From: Paecilomyces variotii
Taxonomy: Eukaryota
NCBI GenBank assembly: GCA_004022145.1
Contig: RCNU01000008.1
Reading direction: 5' to 3' (one strand)
DNA length: 64,000 nucleotides
Of the stretch, positions 62,445 through 64,000 are shown piece after piece (positions within the stretch are counted from its first letter, which is position 1; the number at the start of each line of letters is the position of its first letter). The position numbers were made by a program, and so were the translations under genes. Under the pieces are notes generated by a model. That model was given only the letters and a program-made list of their open reading frames with translations, searched no databases and had not been told where the DNA came from.

Positions 62445-63073
62445 GGTTGCTTGTTGCGTGCAGACGGGATAGGTTATCTGTGACTTAGTAGGAAAAGGAA
62501 GTTCCCAGGGGACGCAAGCCCAAAGATGGAGGAGAAAATCGGGGAGTGGAAGAAGCAGACAGGATCGAAGGAGGGGAAAAAGTGTTGATGCTTTTCAGGT
62601 GGGTTGGGTTCGACGGGGGGTGATTTGCTTTGGGGCTGTTTTCGGCCTGCTCGTAAGCGCCACTCTCCGCCTAAGCGACGTTAGCGCGGGTCGGCTCTAC
62701 ACGCGCGACAGCTGTGAATTCACAGATTTGCCTCGGAGATGAATCCTTTTTCGATGGCGATGAGATAAAAGCTGTCGCAAGAGCGACTCTCTTTTTGGCT
62801 CGTCTTCGCGCAGCCTCTTCCGCTCCTCGTGCTGTGCCTGGCTCGTAGTTGTGGCCTGAGCTTCTTTCTACTTTTCTCACTAGACTCTGTTCCCTTGGAT
62901 ACGGCCACTACGTTTTTTTTATTTTGATTCACTGTGCGTTGTCATTGGCTATAGACTGAGGAGCTTCTTAACGTCAGCCGTTCTTTCGTGGTGACTTAGT
63001 CGTTTTGTTCTCCCTTGATATCCGACTCCTTTCTGGGATTTCCTACGCGGATGCGCGTCGATCAGAAGCGGTC

Positions 63074-64000
63074 ATGCCATCGTCACTGCCACCAAAGTTT
63101 ATTGATGTTGATACGGCCAAAGCAACCCACGGATACATTCATGTCATTGGGGTGGTAGTCGACCTGTTGCCCAAGACGCGCTCGGGCGGCTCGTCTTTCG
63201 TGACGACCTTTACTATTAAAGACTGCGACATCGATGGCAATCCTATGTCTGGACTGAAAATCAAGTACTTCAATGATGACGAGTCTTTACTGCCTGAACT
63301 TCAACTTCACGATGTAATTCTTCTGCGGAATATACGAGTAGGTTTTCATATCTAGTCTTGGCATACTGCTGGTACTGACCATCTGCGTAGATGCGTCTTT
63401 TCAGGGGGAGCCTCCTTGGCGTAGCAGCCCAGCATGACAAGATCCCATGGACAATATTCCGTCGGAAGGTGGCAGGCCAGACAAATGCACTCGTGATTCG
63501 CGGATGTAAGGCCCCGGAACCCTCGCCTGAGGAGAAGGCATACTCTCATGCTCTTCTCAACAGCATTCCTGGGGCAGGAGCCAGTATATCGAGTGCACCA
63601 GATCAGGCATTCAACTATACCAGCACCGTTACAGTATCCGCATCCCGTAGCCAACCACCGCCATCTACACCGCGAGACAAATTCTCCTTGATAAAGGATG
63701 TCAAGGCTCATACCTTCGCTGATCTGGTTGTCGAAGTGGTTAAGACATGGCGCGAGTACGACAAGTTCATCCTCTATGTCACAGACTACACTTCACATGG
63801 AGAACTATACGACTATCCTGACCCCTCAGCCGACGATGGTGATGGAGGCGATTTCATCTCTCGTCGACAGAGAGAATGGAATGGTCCCTTTGGACAGATG
63901 ACTCTACAGGTCACACTTTGGCAACCGCACGCATCTTTCGCACAGAATAATGTTAAGGAAGGCGACATCATTTTCATGAGCAATGTCCATATTAAAAATC
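63074..64000 (+). CDS. POT1: Telomere end-binding protein Pot1 (OB folds), 3' truncated by window edge
   Basis: VIGVVVD...TFTIKD...LKIKYF...LP...DVILLRNIR. After intron 63338-63390: KFSLIKDV...DLVVEVVK...LYVTDYT...W.GPFGQMTLQVTLW.PHA (second OB fold). Confidence 0.88.

Noticed and set aside
1-64000. CRISPR arrays, intact transposons, rRNA, secondary-metabolite cluster
   Set aside because: No repeat-spacer array, transposase/RT/integrase motif, rRNA gene or PKS/NRPS/terpene backbone gene seen.

Overview
Gene-dense, intron-containing window from a filamentous ascomycete (Eurotiales-like). About 22 protein-coding genes are mostly housekeeping: a GNAT/LYC1-like acetyltransferase, DCC1, ANP1, ARC1, an aspartic protease, NBP35, CHO2, MTR3, CCT1, CDT2, RRP5, an AIM6-like gene, ureD, SCC3, an SRPK-like kinase, importin-alpha and POT1. 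There is one intron-containing tRNA-Val(CAC). The ORF track misses the most notable feature: a minus-strand, spliced non-coding host gene at ~18.2-19.5 kb. Its three introns carry snR55, snR61 and a ~347-nt highly structured box C/D RNA with no target I can recognise. Other leads are a mitochondrial-presequence-like in-frame extension of ARC1, a uORF overlapping the ANP1 start codon, a possible nested intron in the snoRNA host, and a frameshifted small-gene relic next to the kinase. I found no CRISPR array, rRNA or intact transposon. All family assignments come from recognising motifs by eye, not from database searches.
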